Shown piece after piece: positions 8,916 to 18,510 of a stretch of 64,000 bases of DNA. Under the pieces are notes generated by a model that had not been told where the DNA came from, did no database searches, and saw only the letters and a program-made list of their open reading frames with translations. The stretch comes from a candidate division FCPU426 bacterium. GTDB lineage: Bacteria; Oederibacteriota; Muellerivitia; Muellerivitales; Muellerivitaceae. Location of the stretch: NCBI GenBank assembly GCA_963796105.1, contig CAWCKJ010000004.1, forward strand, positions 1,344,001 through 1,408,000, in the 5' to 3' direction. Both the position numbers and the translations under genes were made by a program. Positions within the stretch are counted from its first letter, which is position 1, and each line of letters begins with the position of its first letter.

Positions 8916-10196
8916 ATGATGAAAAGGATTTTATTGGGCGTCTTGCTTCTCACGACGGCTTTGCCCTTGACCATTTCGTGCAAGAACTCATCCAACCCCG
9001 CGGCTCCCGCACCGACTCCCACCAGTTGGGCCGGTTTTACGAACACGATGACTTACACGACAACCTACACACCCACGATTACCCCGACACTTACGATCAC
9101 CCCATCCTTCACCATTACACCCTCTCCAACGGCAACGACCTCTCCCACAATCACTCCCACAAATCTCAGCGGGTACACCTCCACACCCACTCCCTCCTTC
9201 ACCCCCACTTCGACTTTTACTTATACCTCAACCTACACTTATACCTATACCGCGACCTATACCACCCCGACCTTTACGCCAACCATTACCTGGACCTTCG
9301 TGGCGAGTCCCACGTGGGTGTTCAGTAATTCTTGGCCGGTCACCCATCCCAACGGGCTGGCCCTATTAGGCAATTCCTCATCAGGAACCCTGTTCGTGGC
9401 GGCGGGAGAAAATTCCGTGGGAGCGCAAGTTTTAAGTTTTAAAATCAGCAATGGCGCTTTGTCCGGCGGAGTCTTGGGGACATGGACTCAATGGGGTTCA
9501 ACTCCCTTGGTTTCTCCTGAGGGGGTCGCCGTCAACCAGACCACCAATCAGGTGTATGTCGTGGATTCGGGCGACGGCGGCAATGGAACTGTTTATGTGT
9601 TTAATTCTGACGGGACTACAGTCACATCCTGGTCGTCCTGGACCGGAGCCCCGGTTTCCGCTTTTAACGATCCTACCGGGATCGCGGTGGATTCCACGGG
9701 AACTACCGTTTATGTGGCGGATACGGGACACAACACCTTAGAGGTGTTTGACCAAAATGGAAATTACATTTCTCAATGGAGCACAGGGACTGGAACTGAT
9801 TTAAGCCCCGTAGCCGTGGCTTGCGGTGCTGGAACAACAATCGCGGCCGTGGACGACGGAAACGCTTCTGGATCTGCCACTATTAATGTTTACAGTTCCG
9901 CTTCTTTAGCGGCATCAATAACCGCCGCTCCTAACGCGGATATTTTCGGTTTAGCTTTTGATCAAACCGGGAATCTGTTCGCCGCGGATACCAGCCTGGA
10001 TCCGAATGGAAGTGTTGAATATTACAGTGCCGGGGTGGAGCAATTTGTTTTAACCGGAGGAACTGGCACTAATGCCTTTGTCAGCCCGGATGGAGTGGTT
10101 TATGACACCACCGGCACACTTACCTGCCTATACGTTTCTGATTACGGAAACGGTTCAAACGGACTGGGGTCCATCGAGATTTTAAGCCATCATTAA
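8916..10196 (+). CDS. NHL-repeat lipoprotein 2 with long Thr/Pro/Tyr stalk
   Basis: Lipobox TISC; ~100-aa Thr-rich tract; DPTGIAVDSTGTTVYVADTGHN. Confidence 0.9.
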   Translation: MMKRILLGVLLLTTALPLTISCKNSSNPAAPAPTPTSWAGFTNTMTYTTTYTPTITPTLTITPSFTITPSPTATTSPTITPTNLSGYTSTPTPSFTPTSTFTYTSTYTYTYTATYTTPTFTPTITWTFVASPTWVFSNSWPVTHPNGLALLGNSSSGTLFVAAGENSVGAQVLSFKISNGALSGGVLGTWTQWGSTPLVSPEGVAVNQTTNQVYVVDSGDGGNGTVYVFNSDGTTVTSWSSWTGAPVSAFNDPTGIAVDSTGTTVYVADTGHNTLEVFDQNGNYISQWSTGTGTDLSPVAVACGAGTTIAAVDDGNASGSATINVYSSASLAASITAAPNADIFGLAFDQTGNLFAADTSLDPNGSVEYYSAGVEQFVLTGGTGTNAFVSPDGVVYDTTGTLTCLYVSDYGNGSNGLGSIEILSHH

Positions 10197-10407
10197 AACC
10201 AAGAAGCTTCTTGTTTCCGGTTCCTAATCGACTTTTTGCGGATTGAAGTGGGGTTTTTTAGGGTTTTTTCTTTCTTAATTGTCACTCCCCGCCTGTAAAT
10301 CAAAGTTTTCCTTATATTTTCAAGGTTTCTTGAGTTAAAATAAATTCCTAACAAAGGGAATACGGGAATTTTCGCCTGTTTTCTCAAACGCAATAAAATC
10401 CAGGAGG

Positions 10408-11175
10408 ATGGGACAACGAATGAAAATGAATAAAATCGGCCGGTTCATGGCATTTGTTCTGTTTTTCGGGGCGGTCACCACGGCAGTTCTGGCTGATGAT
10501 TTATTAGGCGAGTTCTTTGAGGGATCTTCAACCGACTTTATAAAATCCAGGGTTTATATCGGGGCATTCGGGATTTCTTCCACCATCGACCAATGGGGGG
10601 ATTTTAACGGAACCATAATCGCATCGCATAATTCAGGCACTGAAACCGAGTTGGATTTAATCCCGGCCATAGACCGGAAATTCGGCTGGGGGGCTCTTAT
10701 CGGCTACAGGAGGGGCCCTTGGGCTGTTGAAATGAGTTATTGGCGGAGCGACCATACCGCTACATTTAACAACGGTGTCACCCTTACAACCCCCGCCAGC
10801 TTGCAATCGCTCAATTTTGATTTTAAACGGTATTTTTTCACCCAAGCGCCCACCCAGCCATTTTTCCAATTTGGCTTTAGTTTGCCTTGGTTATGGGTCC
10901 GTCAGGCATCATCGCTTGTTCCCAGTAATCTTGTGGATGATGAGACTATTTCGGGCATCGGCTTTAACTTGGGGGCTGGTTTGGAGATATACCTGGATAA
11001 CAATTTCTCCATCATGGGCGGGGTCATTCAACGTTGGACGGGGTTCAACCAGATCAATGGCGCGGCTAAAATACCTGAGAATACTTTGTACGACGACGGA
11101 AATCCATCCGACATTGGGTCCTTGGAAGGGGACGGCCTTAATTTTTACGCGGGCATGACCTTCGGGGTGGAATAA
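10408..11175 (+). CDS. Outer-membrane beta-barrel protein B
   Basis: AGGAGG RBS; shares YIG.FG, SYW.S.H.ATF, N.DFKRYF.T, QPF, PWL and RW..F.Q with barrel A. Confidence 0.82.
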   Translation: MGQRMKMNKIGRFMAFVLFFGAVTTAVLADDLLGEFFEGSSTDFIKSRVYIGAFGISSTIDQWGDFNGTIIASHNSGTETELDLIPAIDRKFGWGALIGYRRGPWAVEMSYWRSDHTATFNNGVTLTTPASLQSLNFDFKRYFFTQAPTQPFFQFGFSLPWLWVRQASSLVPSNLVDDETISGIGFNLGAGLEIYLDNNFSIMGGVIQRWTGFNQINGAAKIPENTLYDDGNPSDIGSLEGDGLNFYAGMTFGVE

Positions 11176-11302
11176 TTCCGTACGGGAAAACCATGGGGTA
11201 TTAAGGGATCGAAGAAGTCGTTTTCGTGGTTTAGTGGTAATATTCATTAAGACTTGCAGATGGATTTTTAACCTTTTTGCAAAACCTTCTCGAGGCGGAA
11301 AA

Positions 11303-12538
11303 ATGAAAAGATTTCTGATGCTGGGCATCATCCTTTCAGGATTGATCATCCCCCTAGCCTGTTCGGACAACAATAACAACCCTACGAAGCCCCAGGTTCC
11401 GTCCATTTCGGTTACGCCGACTGGAACAATCACCCCCATTGTGCCGACTTTTACAAAAACTCCGACAGTGACAGGAACGGTTAATACGCCAACTGTTACA
11501 CCTACCCTTACCAACACTCCATTAGTCACCCAGACCCCCGCGCCTCCTTTTCTAGGTAATTACGTCACTTCAGCTGCTCCAAATGCCATGTATTACGATG
11601 GCAGTATTCTTTATGTCGCCGAGGGTGAAGTGAGGGCAGGAGGGGATGTCACAATGTTTGAGTGTTATCAGGTCAGCGGGGGTGGAAATCTTACGGGGGC
11701 TTGCGGTGGTTGGGTGGATCCTCAAGTGGATGGAAATCAGTTGGCTTATGGTATTCCAACCCCCGGCCTTACTCCTCCTTGGCAACCAAGTCTTATTACT
11801 GCGACTATGCCTCAGGGATTAGCGGTTACGAAAGGATGGGTCGCGACCTTGGATTCCTCACCCTCCGGTGCCGCGACTTTATATGAAGGGCAAGGCGGCT
11901 TTCAAGGTTTATTCACATGTATTACCACTAATTATGGTGGCGCTCCCCTCAATGCGCCAAGAGCCATGGTTGGGGATTCATTAGGAAACATTTATATCGC
12001 GGACACCGGAAATGCTTATGTCGATACATTTGGAGTAGGAGTTGAATGTCTCATTGACAATTTGGAGGCGGATTGGCTTCACCGGTGGAATGGGGCTTCT
12101 TCCAGTATGCCCTTCAAACAGCCAGTGGCTTTAGCTGTTGACGCCCAAAATGATATCTGGGTAGGCGACTCAGGGTATTCCCCATCGCTCATTGAGGTTT
12201 ATACATCAGGAGGCGCGACTTTTGGTGTTCAAGGGATAAATCCCGCCGGATTTTTTAAAACCGTTCCAAATTGTATCATTAACGGGTTGGCTGTGGATCA
12301 AAGCGCTTCTTGCAGCGGCGTTCCTGGTCCTTGTGTCTATGTTTCGGATACCGCAAACGGAGGGCAGGTGGAGGTTTACACCTCCCTGGGTAATCTTGTG
12401 AGAGTTTGGGGCGATCCCCACGGGCCTCATGAGTTTTTGCCGTTTAACCCGGCTTCCATCGCTCTTATCGGAAATCCGCCAACCATTTTCATTGTGGGGG
12501 ATACAAATAACGACATCCTTAATGTTTTCGGGCCATAA
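11303..12538 (+). CDS. NHL-repeat lipoprotein 3 with Thr/Pro stalk
   Basis: ATG at 11303; lipobox PLAC; GNIYIADTGN, FKQPVALAVDAQNDIWVGDSG. Confidence 0.88.
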   Translation: MKRFLMLGIILSGLIIPLACSDNNNNPTKPQVPSISVTPTGTITPIVPTFTKTPTVTGTVNTPTVTPTLTNTPLVTQTPAPPFLGNYVTSAAPNAMYYDGSILYVAEGEVRAGGDVTMFECYQVSGGGNLTGACGGWVDPQVDGNQLAYGIPTPGLTPPWQPSLITATMPQGLAVTKGWVATLDSSPSGAATLYEGQGGFQGLFTCITTNYGGAPLNAPRAMVGDSLGNIYIADTGNAYVDTFGVGVECLIDNLEADWLHRWNGASSSMPFKQPVALAVDAQNDIWVGDSGYSPSLIEVYTSGGATFGVQGINPAGFFKTVPNCIINGLAVDQSASCSGVPGPCVYVSDTANGGQVEVYTSLGNLVRVWGDPHGPHEFLPFNPASIALIGNPPTIFIVGDTNNDILNVFGP

Positions 12539-12990
12539 CGGGATTGAATTTTAAACTTTCTTCTAACTGTTATGTGAAATTGAACACTCCACACGATATT
12601 AACAGCGTGTTTATATGTTTTTTTGAACTTTGTTGATTTCCCTTTTTTAAAATTACCTATCGATATTTATGAACTGAAATAAACTTGATGATCTAAAAGT
12701 TTATATGTTCGAGGTTCCCTCCAACCAAGGATTTTCCCAGAATATAAAGCTAAAACCGTTGATCAAATCGCCAAGTTGTCATTTTACAAGTGGACATTGA
12801 AGGCATTTGTAGGGTAAAAATGGTGGACTTGATTCGAGGTTTAGGGTACGGTTGTGGCGAGACCGGCTCGACTTCTGCGGGAAAATGTTAAATTTATTCC
12901 GCTGAGACGGTTAATAACCCGGTCGTCCTAGGAATCGCGGACCCGGAAAAGTTCGAGGACCCACTCTTTTCTCACGAGGAGCCATTTCTC

Positions 12991-13719
12991 ATGAAGATTT
13001 CCCTGAAAATATTAATGGGTTTTATCCTGATTCTGCCAAGCCTGGGGGGAACCGCCCGGGCCGGCCAGCAGGTTTATCTTTCCCAATCTCCAAATGAACG
13101 CTACAGAGTGGTGGTGGAGCAGGTCATTGACCGGCGGGTCGGGGATAAAATATTCTTCCGCTATCCCATCAGCCTGGTGAATTCCAAAAACGGCCGCCAT
13201 TTCGAGATTCAAGAGGCTACGACGCCCTTGGTTCGGGAAACCCAACGCGAAACCTTCCAAGTTCATTGGGACTCCATCCATTTCGACTGGTCCAAGGACA
13301 GCCTGAAGATGTTCGTAAGGGTGGAAGTTATCGAGGGAACCTGGCGGACCTTTTTCGTGGATGTGAACAAGGGAACAACAACGGATATCACCGCCGATCT
13401 CGAGCAATTCATTGTTCAAAGGGTGGAATTCCACGATTGGGCATGCCAGGAACCGACCACTGTCCAAGTGGTCCAATGGACGAAACCTTACCTGGCCTTC
13501 TTGAAAGTCATCGATATTTGCGGGAAAGAGAAGGACAAGGAGAACCGAAAGCTTTTTTACATGAATGACTCCCTGCTTTTTGACACTCATTTGGGCAAAG
13601 TCGTGACCCATTGCGCTGATTGCAAGGATGAAAGAGCCTTAAAAGCATTTGACAAGTATTTCCAGTCCACCCAGGCGACTCCGACCCCAACGCCGGAAGA
13701 AACCCCAACCACCCAATAA
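12991..13719 (+). CDS. Secreted hypothetical protein with C-terminal PT tail
   Basis: GAGGAG RBS; signal peptide; ends TQATPTPTPEETPTTQ. Confidence 0.8.
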   Translation: MKISLKILMGFILILPSLGGTARAGQQVYLSQSPNERYRVVVEQVIDRRVGDKIFFRYPISLVNSKNGRHFEIQEATTPLVRETQRETFQVHWDSIHFDWSKDSLKMFVRVEVIEGTWRTFFVDVNKGTTTDITADLEQFIVQRVEFHDWACQEPTTVQVVQWTKPYLAFLKVIDICGKEKDKENRKLFYMNDSLLFDTHLGKVVTHCADCKDERALKAFDKYFQSTQATPTPTPEETPTTQ

Positions 13720-13733
13720 AGGGAAGCCCTTTT
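13718..13733 (+). terminator. Possible short intrinsic terminator
   Basis: AAAGGG-AAG-CCCTTT(T) directly at the stop codon. Confidence 0.3.
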
Positions 13734-13845
13734 ACCGCGCTTTGCTGGGTCCCTGTTCATTCCCGGCCGGAATCAAATCTTAAGGCCTTTTCGTTTTAGG
13801 ATTTTTAAAAGTGATAAAAACTTCATGTCCTCTTAAACTAAAGGC

Positions 13846-15549
13846 ATGAGAATTCTTCGACTTCCCAAGTCTTTTGGCGTTTACCTCCTCTTTGCTTTCC
13901 TTTTTTCCCTGCAAGTCATTCCCCGAATCGGGTTGGATTCCCTCACCAACGACGAGCCCACCGACATCACCAACGGCTATTACTATTTGACCCATGGGGA
14001 TGTCGTGACGCCCCACAACCATCCGCCCCTGGCGGGAGCGCTCCAAGCCTGGCCCTTGCTTTTCATGAACCTAAAAACCTTCCCTTTCCAGGGGGATGTC
14101 ATTGACCGGGGGCATCATTTCCTTTTCGATTGGAACCTGGACCATTTGGAAGCCATCACTTGGGCCAGCCGATTGACCAGCTGGGGTTTAGGTCTTGCTC
14201 TGGGTTTTTTGTTGTGGAGGGTGTTAAAGGACAACATAAGCTGGCTTTTGGGGGCCTTGTTTTTTTGGGCTTTGGACCCCACCTTTTCAGCGCTTTCCGG
14301 CCTGGCCAAGAGTGATATCGCCCCGGCTTTTTTCTTTTTTCTATCAGTTCTGGCCTTCCAAAAGGCGGTTCAAAAGACCCATTGGGTTAATCCCTTGGCC
14401 GCGGGGGTGATTTCGGCCATGGCTGTCACCTGCAAATTTTATTGTTTAGTGTTAATCCCGGTATTTCTTTTTCTTGAGGTTTTTAATGAAAGAGAACGCT
14501 TCAAACCGCGGGGAATATCCGAAAAAGTCTTAGGACGAATTTTGCTTCGTTGGTTCACCGGGTTCCTCGGCTTTTTATTATGGATTGTTATGATTTATCT
14601 GCCGGCGACCTTAGCCCTTCCGGATCATCGGTGGCCCTTAGTCTATTTCATCAGCAAGTTCAAAGAGGACCTGCTTTTCGCCCAAGCTCCTCACGCGGTT
14701 TATTTCCTGGGGAACTCCACCCTGCAAAGCCATTGGTATTACCTCCCCCTTGCATTCCTTTTGAAGGAACCCCTTCCTTTCCTGGCCCTTTTGGCCCTTT
14801 GCGTTTATTCGCTCATAACGAGGCGGATTTTTCTGCCGACATGGCAATGGCTGTCGCCGGTACTATTCACCCTGGCGGTTTTACCAACACCCAACCTGGG
14901 AGTGAGGTATCTTTTGCCAGCATTTCCTTTTCTTTTCCTAGTGGGGGGCAAAGCTGTATCAGCTTTATGGGTGTCAAATCCGGGGAGGAATTTTAATTCA
15001 GGAAAACTATTTATTGGTTGCCTCGCATTCTGGCAATTGTTCAGCGTGTTGGGGAGCTTTCCAGGCGCCATCGGCTACTTCAATGATTTGGTTACAGCTG
15101 AGAAAAAAATATCCCTTCTTGGGGACTCGAACTTGGATTGGGGACAGGATTTAATAAGGCTTGCCGCAGTGGCGGAGTCCCACGGGTGGAAAAGAGTGAA
15201 ATTAGCGTATTTAGGAAGCGTGGACCCGAAAGTTTACGGCCTGAACTGGGAACCCTGGTCATACGAGGATTTAAAAGGCCCCCAGCCAGGAACAGTTTAC
15301 GCCGTGAACACGAGTTTCCTGCAATTGGCGCCACTGAGTTATCCCTCCACCCGTATAATCGCCGAAAGCTGGATTCGCGGGGAAAAACTATCGGGCAAAG
15401 TAGGTGACACTTGGTATTTCCTTGAGGCGCCGGGCAAGTCCGCGGTGGGTAAGGAAAAAAGTTTTCTTCCGTCCGTTCCTTTTCAACAATACAGAGGTTA
15501 CGCGCCCTTTCCCCTGGCCATTCAGGAAATTCCCCCTAACTCCAAATGA
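13846..15549 (+). CDS. GT-C fold glycosyltransferase (PMT/ArnT-like)
   Basis: TNDEP loop motif, NHPPL, many TM segments, GVRYLLP, DSNLDWGQD. Confidence 0.85.
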   Translation: MRILRLPKSFGVYLLFAFLFSLQVIPRIGLDSLTNDEPTDITNGYYYLTHGDVVTPHNHPPLAGALQAWPLLFMNLKTFPFQGDVIDRGHHFLFDWNLDHLEAITWASRLTSWGLGLALGFLLWRVLKDNISWLLGALFFWALDPTFSALSGLAKSDIAPAFFFFLSVLAFQKAVQKTHWVNPLAAGVISAMAVTCKFYCLVLIPVFLFLEVFNERERFKPRGISEKVLGRILLRWFTGFLGFLLWIVMIYLPATLALPDHRWPLVYFISKFKEDLLFAQAPHAVYFLGNSTLQSHWYYLPLAFLLKEPLPFLALLALCVYSLITRRIFLPTWQWLSPVLFTLAVLPTPNLGVRYLLPAFPFLFLVGGKAVSALWVSNPGRNFNSGKLFIGCLAFWQLFSVLGSFPGAIGYFNDLVTAEKKISLLGDSNLDWGQDLIRLAAVAESHGWKRVKLAYLGSVDPKVYGLNWEPWSYEDLKGPQPGTVYAVNTSFLQLAPLSYPSTRIIAESWIRGEKLSGKVGDTWYFLEAPGKSAVGKEKSFLPSVPFQQYRGYAPFPLAIQEIPPNSK

Positions 15550-15676
15550 ACCCGATGGATGACGCCGACTAAGCCATATTCGTTAATAAAATAACCTTTG
15601 GCAAGTCTTACGATTTGAGATAATGGAAATGAAGATGGATGTTTATGAATAGCCCATCGATTCAGGAGAATGACAC

Positions 15677-16639
15677 ATGCCCATGTTCGACCTGCCTTTA
15701 AAACAGCTCAAAACCTACAAAGGGTCAAACCCCAAACCAAAGGATTTTGACCGGTATTGGGATGGCGCTTTAAATGAGATGAGGTCCATCAAGCCAGAAG
15801 TGGAATTAATTCGTAACAAAACCATTCATACCTCTTTTGCGGAATGTTTTGACTTGTATTGGAAAGGAGTGGGAGGAGCCCGCATCCACGCTAAACTATT
15901 GCGGCCCAATAAGACGCCCCGGTCCCAGCCAGCCATTTGCTTTTTCCACGGGTACAGCGTTTCCTCCGGCAACTGGGCCGATAAATTGGGTTATGTAGCC
16001 TCTGGGTTCACGGTGGCGGCCATGGATTGCCGCGGACAGGGAGGAACCTCAGAGGACAAGGGGGGAGTGAAGGGCACCACCCTCAGGGGACAATTCATCC
16101 GGGGATTGGACGACAAGCCCGAGAACCTGCTTTTCCGCCAGATTTTCCTGGACGCGGCCCAAATGGCCAGGATCGTCATGGAATTGCCGGGAGTGGACCC
16201 GAAACGCGTCGGAGCCATGGGAGGCAGCCAGGGGGGAGGGTTGACCCTGGCCTGCGCGGCTTTGACACCCGGCATCCGACGGATCGCGCCTGTCCATCCT
16301 TTCCTATCCGATTACAAACGGGTGTGGGACCTGGATTTGGCCAAGGACGCCTATGAGGAACTCCGGTACTATTTCCGCCAATTCGACCCGAACCATGAGC
16401 GGGAAAAGGAAGTTTTTTCCCGCTTGGGATATATCGATGTTCATCACCTGGCTCCCCGGATCAAAGCGGAGGTCCTGATGGCGGTCACCTTGATGGATAC
16501 CATCTGTCCTCCATCCACCCAATTCGCCGCTTACAACAATATCCGGTCAAAAAAACGAATGGTCCTTTATCCCGATTACGGCCACGAATACCTGCCGAAT
16601 TTCGAGGACAAAGCCTTTGAGTTTATGAGGGGGTTGTAA
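15677..16639 (+). CDS. Acetylxylan esterase / cephalosporin-C deacetylase (CE7)
   Basis: FHGY, MDCRGQGG, GGSQGG nucleophile motif, DTICPPSTQFAAYN, YGHE. Confidence 0.95.
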   Translation: MPMFDLPLKQLKTYKGSNPKPKDFDRYWDGALNEMRSIKPEVELIRNKTIHTSFAECFDLYWKGVGGARIHAKLLRPNKTPRSQPAICFFHGYSVSSGNWADKLGYVASGFTVAAMDCRGQGGTSEDKGGVKGTTLRGQFIRGLDDKPENLLFRQIFLDAAQMARIVMELPGVDPKRVGAMGGSQGGGLTLACAALTPGIRRIAPVHPFLSDYKRVWDLDLAKDAYEELRYYFRQFDPNHEREKEVFSRLGYIDVHHLAPRIKAEVLMAVTLMDTICPPSTQFAAYNNIRSKKRMVLYPDYGHEYLPNFEDKAFEFMRGL

Positions 16640-16832
16640 CGGCGGAACTTTGCAGTTCCGGCGGGAGGAGGACCACCGCGGATTGGTCCCAAATCTCCAA
16701 ACCATCCTTTTCGGTGGCCACGACGAAACCGTGGAATTCCCCGCTCGCGCCCTTGAATAACTGGGTCACGAGGGTCCCGACCTTATTGGTCTTGAAATTA
16801 CCGACATGATGGTTTACGACAAATTGAAACAT
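16623..16832 (-). CDS. Small hypothetical protein
   Basis: GGAGG 6 nt before ATG; fills the gap between two genes. Confidence 0.5.
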   Translation of the reverse strand: MFQFVVNHHVGNFKTNKVGTLVTQLFKGASGEFHGFVVATEKDGLEIWDQSAVVLLPPELQSSAVTTPS

Positions 16833-16939
16833 GAAAAGCCTCCATCCGCTTGAATTTAGTTAAAATCCAATTACGGATCGATCATAGCAGTAATGAAAAC
16901 CTAAAGTACCGTAAATCGGGCAACTCGATCGGAGATACC

Positions 16940-17584
16940 ATGTTCCAGCAAGATTACTGGGAAAGAAAGTCCTTGGAAGGCCGAAGGCCTCCCGGTCATC
17001 CCGTGGTCCGTCAGTATGTCCTGCCAAAAATCGAGATGTTGAGAAAACATATTCCGATGGAAAAAAAACACAGGTTGTTGGACGTCGGCTGCGGAAACGG
17101 ATTTTTTTCCAGCTATTTCGACGCTATTTGCGAGACGGTCGGCGTGGATTATTCGGAAAAGCTGTTGGCGAAAAATCCCATATCCAGGAAAGTCCTCATG
17201 GATGCCAACCGGCTGGCCTTCCAAGATTTCTCTTTTGACGTGGTTTTTTGCCATGCCCTGCTGCATCACGTGGAAGATCAGGTCCGGGTTTTATCCGAGA
17301 TGAGGCGTGTTTCAAGGAAATATGTCGTAGTCATGGAGCCCAACCGCAACAATCCCCTTATGTTCCTTTTTTCAGCGCTTGTGCCCCAGGAAAGGAAAGC
17401 CCTCGATTTTTCGCCGGCCAACCTGAGAAAAACACTTGAGGCCAGCCGGCTCAAGATCGTTTGGGTTGTTTCCCAAGGAATGACTGTCCCCAACAAATTG
17501 CCCGTGTTCCTGCTTCCTTTGATGAAATTTCTTGATTTCCCCCAGCCCTTTGGGATGACCAATATTCTCATCGCCGAACGTTAA
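16940..17584 (+). CDS. Class I SAM-dependent methyltransferase
   Basis: LLDVGCGNG, GVDYS, FDVVFCHALLHH; GGAG before ATG at 16940. Confidence 0.92.
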   Translation: MFQQDYWERKSLEGRRPPGHPVVRQYVLPKIEMLRKHIPMEKKHRLLDVGCGNGFFSSYFDAICETVGVDYSEKLLAKNPISRKVLMDANRLAFQDFSFDVVFCHALLHHVEDQVRVLSEMRRVSRKYVVVMEPNRNNPLMFLFSALVPQERKALDFSPANLRKTLEASRLKIVWVVSQGMTVPNKLPVFLLPLMKFLDFPQPFGMTNILIAER

Positions 17585-17709
17585 TTTATTAACGCCCGAT
17601 GGTCAGGCTTTATACTGGTACTTGAAGGTTTTAAAATGCTTTGCCAAAACCGCTCCGGCCTTTTTCCCAGGCGGGCGGCGATGGATTGACGGATTTGATT
17701 GAGGATGGA

Positions 17710-18507
17710 ATGTTCAAAAAACAAGATGAAAGAACCCTGGCCTTGGATGTCGAGAACATCACTTTAGCTTTCGGGGGGCTCGTTGCGGTGGATGATTTTT
17801 CCCTGGTTCTTCACCAGGGAGAGCTAGCGGGATTGATCGGCCCCAATGGCGCGGGCAAAACCACCGTTTTCAACATTCTCTCAGGCATCTATCAACCCCA
17901 GGAAGGGGATGTCCGGATTTTCGGGAAGGCGGCGCTGGGTTTGAGGCCTCACCAAATCACCCATATGGGCCTCGTCCGGACCTTTCAAAATATCAGGCTT
18001 TTCATGGGACTCACGGTGGAGACCAATATCAAAGTGGCTTTCCACCATTCCCAACCCTATGGGATAGGATCAGCCTTGGCCCGAAGCGTCCGGTTCGCGG
18101 AGTCTGAAAAAAGATTTGAGGATGAGACCCAGCGTTTGATGGAAGTGATGGATTTGACCTCCCGGAAAGGATATTTAGCCTCGGCGCTATCCTATGGGGA
18201 CCAAAAAAAACTTGAGATCGCGAGGGCCCTGGCCACGGGAGCTAAAATCCTTCTTTTAGACGAGCCCGCCGCGGGAATGAACCCCCAGGAAACCCAATGG
18301 CTGATGGAGGTGATCCGGCGGCTTCGGACGGATTTTCAGCTGTCTATCTTACTCATTGAGCATGACATGAAGGTGATTATGGGCATTTGCGAGAAGATCC
18401 ACGTCATGGACCATGGGGTGAAAATCGCGGAGGGAACGGCCCGGGAAGTCCAGGAGGATCCGAAGGTCATCGAGGCGTACCTGGGAATGAAAAAAAAGAA
18501 GGGATGA
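17710..18507 (+). CDS. livG: Branched-chain amino acid ABC transporter ATPase
   Basis: GPNGAGKTT, RTFQNIRLF, LSYGDQ, LLDEPAAG, IEHDM, VIEAYLG. Confidence 0.93.
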   Translation: MFKKQDERTLALDVENITLAFGGLVAVDDFSLVLHQGELAGLIGPNGAGKTTVFNILSGIYQPQEGDVRIFGKAALGLRPHQITHMGLVRTFQNIRLFMGLTVETNIKVAFHHSQPYGIGSALARSVRFAESEKRFEDETQRLMEVMDLTSRKGYLASALSYGDQKKLEIARALATGAKILLLDEPAAGMNPQETQWLMEVIRRLRTDFQLSILLIEHDMKVIMGICEKIHVMDHGVKIAEGTAREVQEDPKVIEAYLGMKKKKG

Positions 18508-18510
18508 AAA

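Noticed and set aside
7837..12538. Diversity-generating retroelement or shufflon acting on the NHL genes
   Set aside because: No reverse transcriptase or invertase, and no near-identical TR/VR pair seen
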